DNA of 63,731 nt, filler included, from Octopus bimaculoides (Eukaryota), in assembly GCF_001194135.2 (NCBI RefSeq). It is 5 parts of 5 records of this genome, joined end to end, with 100 filler letters (N's around TTAATTAATTAA, not from the genome) between each part and the next. Parts side by side here need not be neighbours in the genome. Positions count along the whole stretch, not along the records: positions 60,018 to 63,731 come from NC_068987.1; 4 more parts are not named here. One strand, 5' to 3'. Below, piece by piece: positions 62,918-63,731 of the stretch (the stretch's first letter is position 1; the number at the start of each line of letters is the position of its first letter). Under the pieces are notes generated by a model, which worked only from the letters and a program-made list of their open reading frames with translations, had not been told where the DNA came from and did not search any database. Made by a program: the position numbers and the translations under genes.

Positions 62918-63437
62918 CTATATCCATTTACATATCTCTGTGTGTCTATATAAATGTATATGATCGTGTTTCTTGAAATCAATCACAGTTGGAGAACATT
63001 TACATAGAACGTATAATATTCAGCGTATAATCATTGGCACATAACTTAAAATCATGCCAGGCATTCATATTTTTGTGAGTACGTTGTTTATTTGCATATT
63101 TTTGCGGAAATAGGACTTTTGTAGAAAAAAGATAATCAATAATATATATATGAAAAAAACGTGATGGTAATTTCTAAAACCAGATATATTCTATAAACGA
63201 GACCACAAGATTTGGTAGAAGCAATATGTGTAACAAGTGTAAAAATATAACAAGGACAGCGAGTAAAAAATAAATGAACTCGGCGTATATGTTTTCGTGT
63301 ATAAAGAAAATATACGAAAATGCGAAAAAGGGTTGAACACGTCTCTTAGATATATCCATGTCTGAGAGATGTAAATAGCAGTACCAAGTGCCATGTATGG
63401 ATGCAGAGCCACACATATAAACACACACATACACAAA

Positions 63438-63672
63438 TAGGCGTCGAGCTGGCAGAAACGTTAGCACGCTGGGCGAAATGCTTAGCGGTATTTCGTCTGC
63501 CGTTACGTTCTGAGTTCGAATTCCGCCGAGGTCGACTTTGCCGTTCATCCTTTCGGGGTCGATTAAATAAATACCAGTTACGCTCTGGGGGCGATGTAAT
63601 CGACTTAATCCGTTTGTCTGTCCGTGTTTGTCCCCTTTGTGTGTAGCCCCTTGTGGGTAGTAAGGAAATAAA
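63438..63672 (+). mobile_element. SINE family B copy, well preserved
   Basis: Full head and central block; 3' tail differs from the other B copies. Confidence 0.92.
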
Positions 63673-63731
63673 ACACATATATACACACACACACACACAT
63701 ACGCAAACAAATGAATATTTGAGTCTTCTTT

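Overview
AT-rich eukaryotic DNA, rich in microsatellites and N-gaps. The repeat families (tRNA-headed SINEs, Penelope-like remnants, long (AT)/(GT)/(GATA)/(TAT)n tracts) resemble those I know from Octopus; this taxonomic call is inference. I find no intact protein-coding gene, rRNA, true tRNA gene or CRISPR array. Most long ORFs in the supplied track only read through N-gaps and simple repeats. The window is intronic or intergenic DNA filled with decayed mobile elements: at least three or four SINE families (about 20 copies, one with a clean 12-bp TSD); LINE remnants of RTE, Tx1/L1, HERO-like and R4/Dong-like type; two Penelope-like (PLE) coding remnants; a Helitron helicase remnant and a Helitron-like 3' end; a possible Gypsy relic; and an internally deleted TIR DNA transposon with SAP plus SWIM-like coding sequence. 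The most interesting recurring signal is a set of minimal hammerhead-ribozyme-like motifs, several in or beside 80-100 bp inverted repeats and one just upstream of a PLE RT remnant. Four identical 44N-TTAATTAATTAA-44N spacers are assembly linkers, so adjacency across them is not guaranteed. A few short splice-site-flanked open frames are weak exon candidates for an unidentified host gene. I cannot support a claim of a wholly new biological system.
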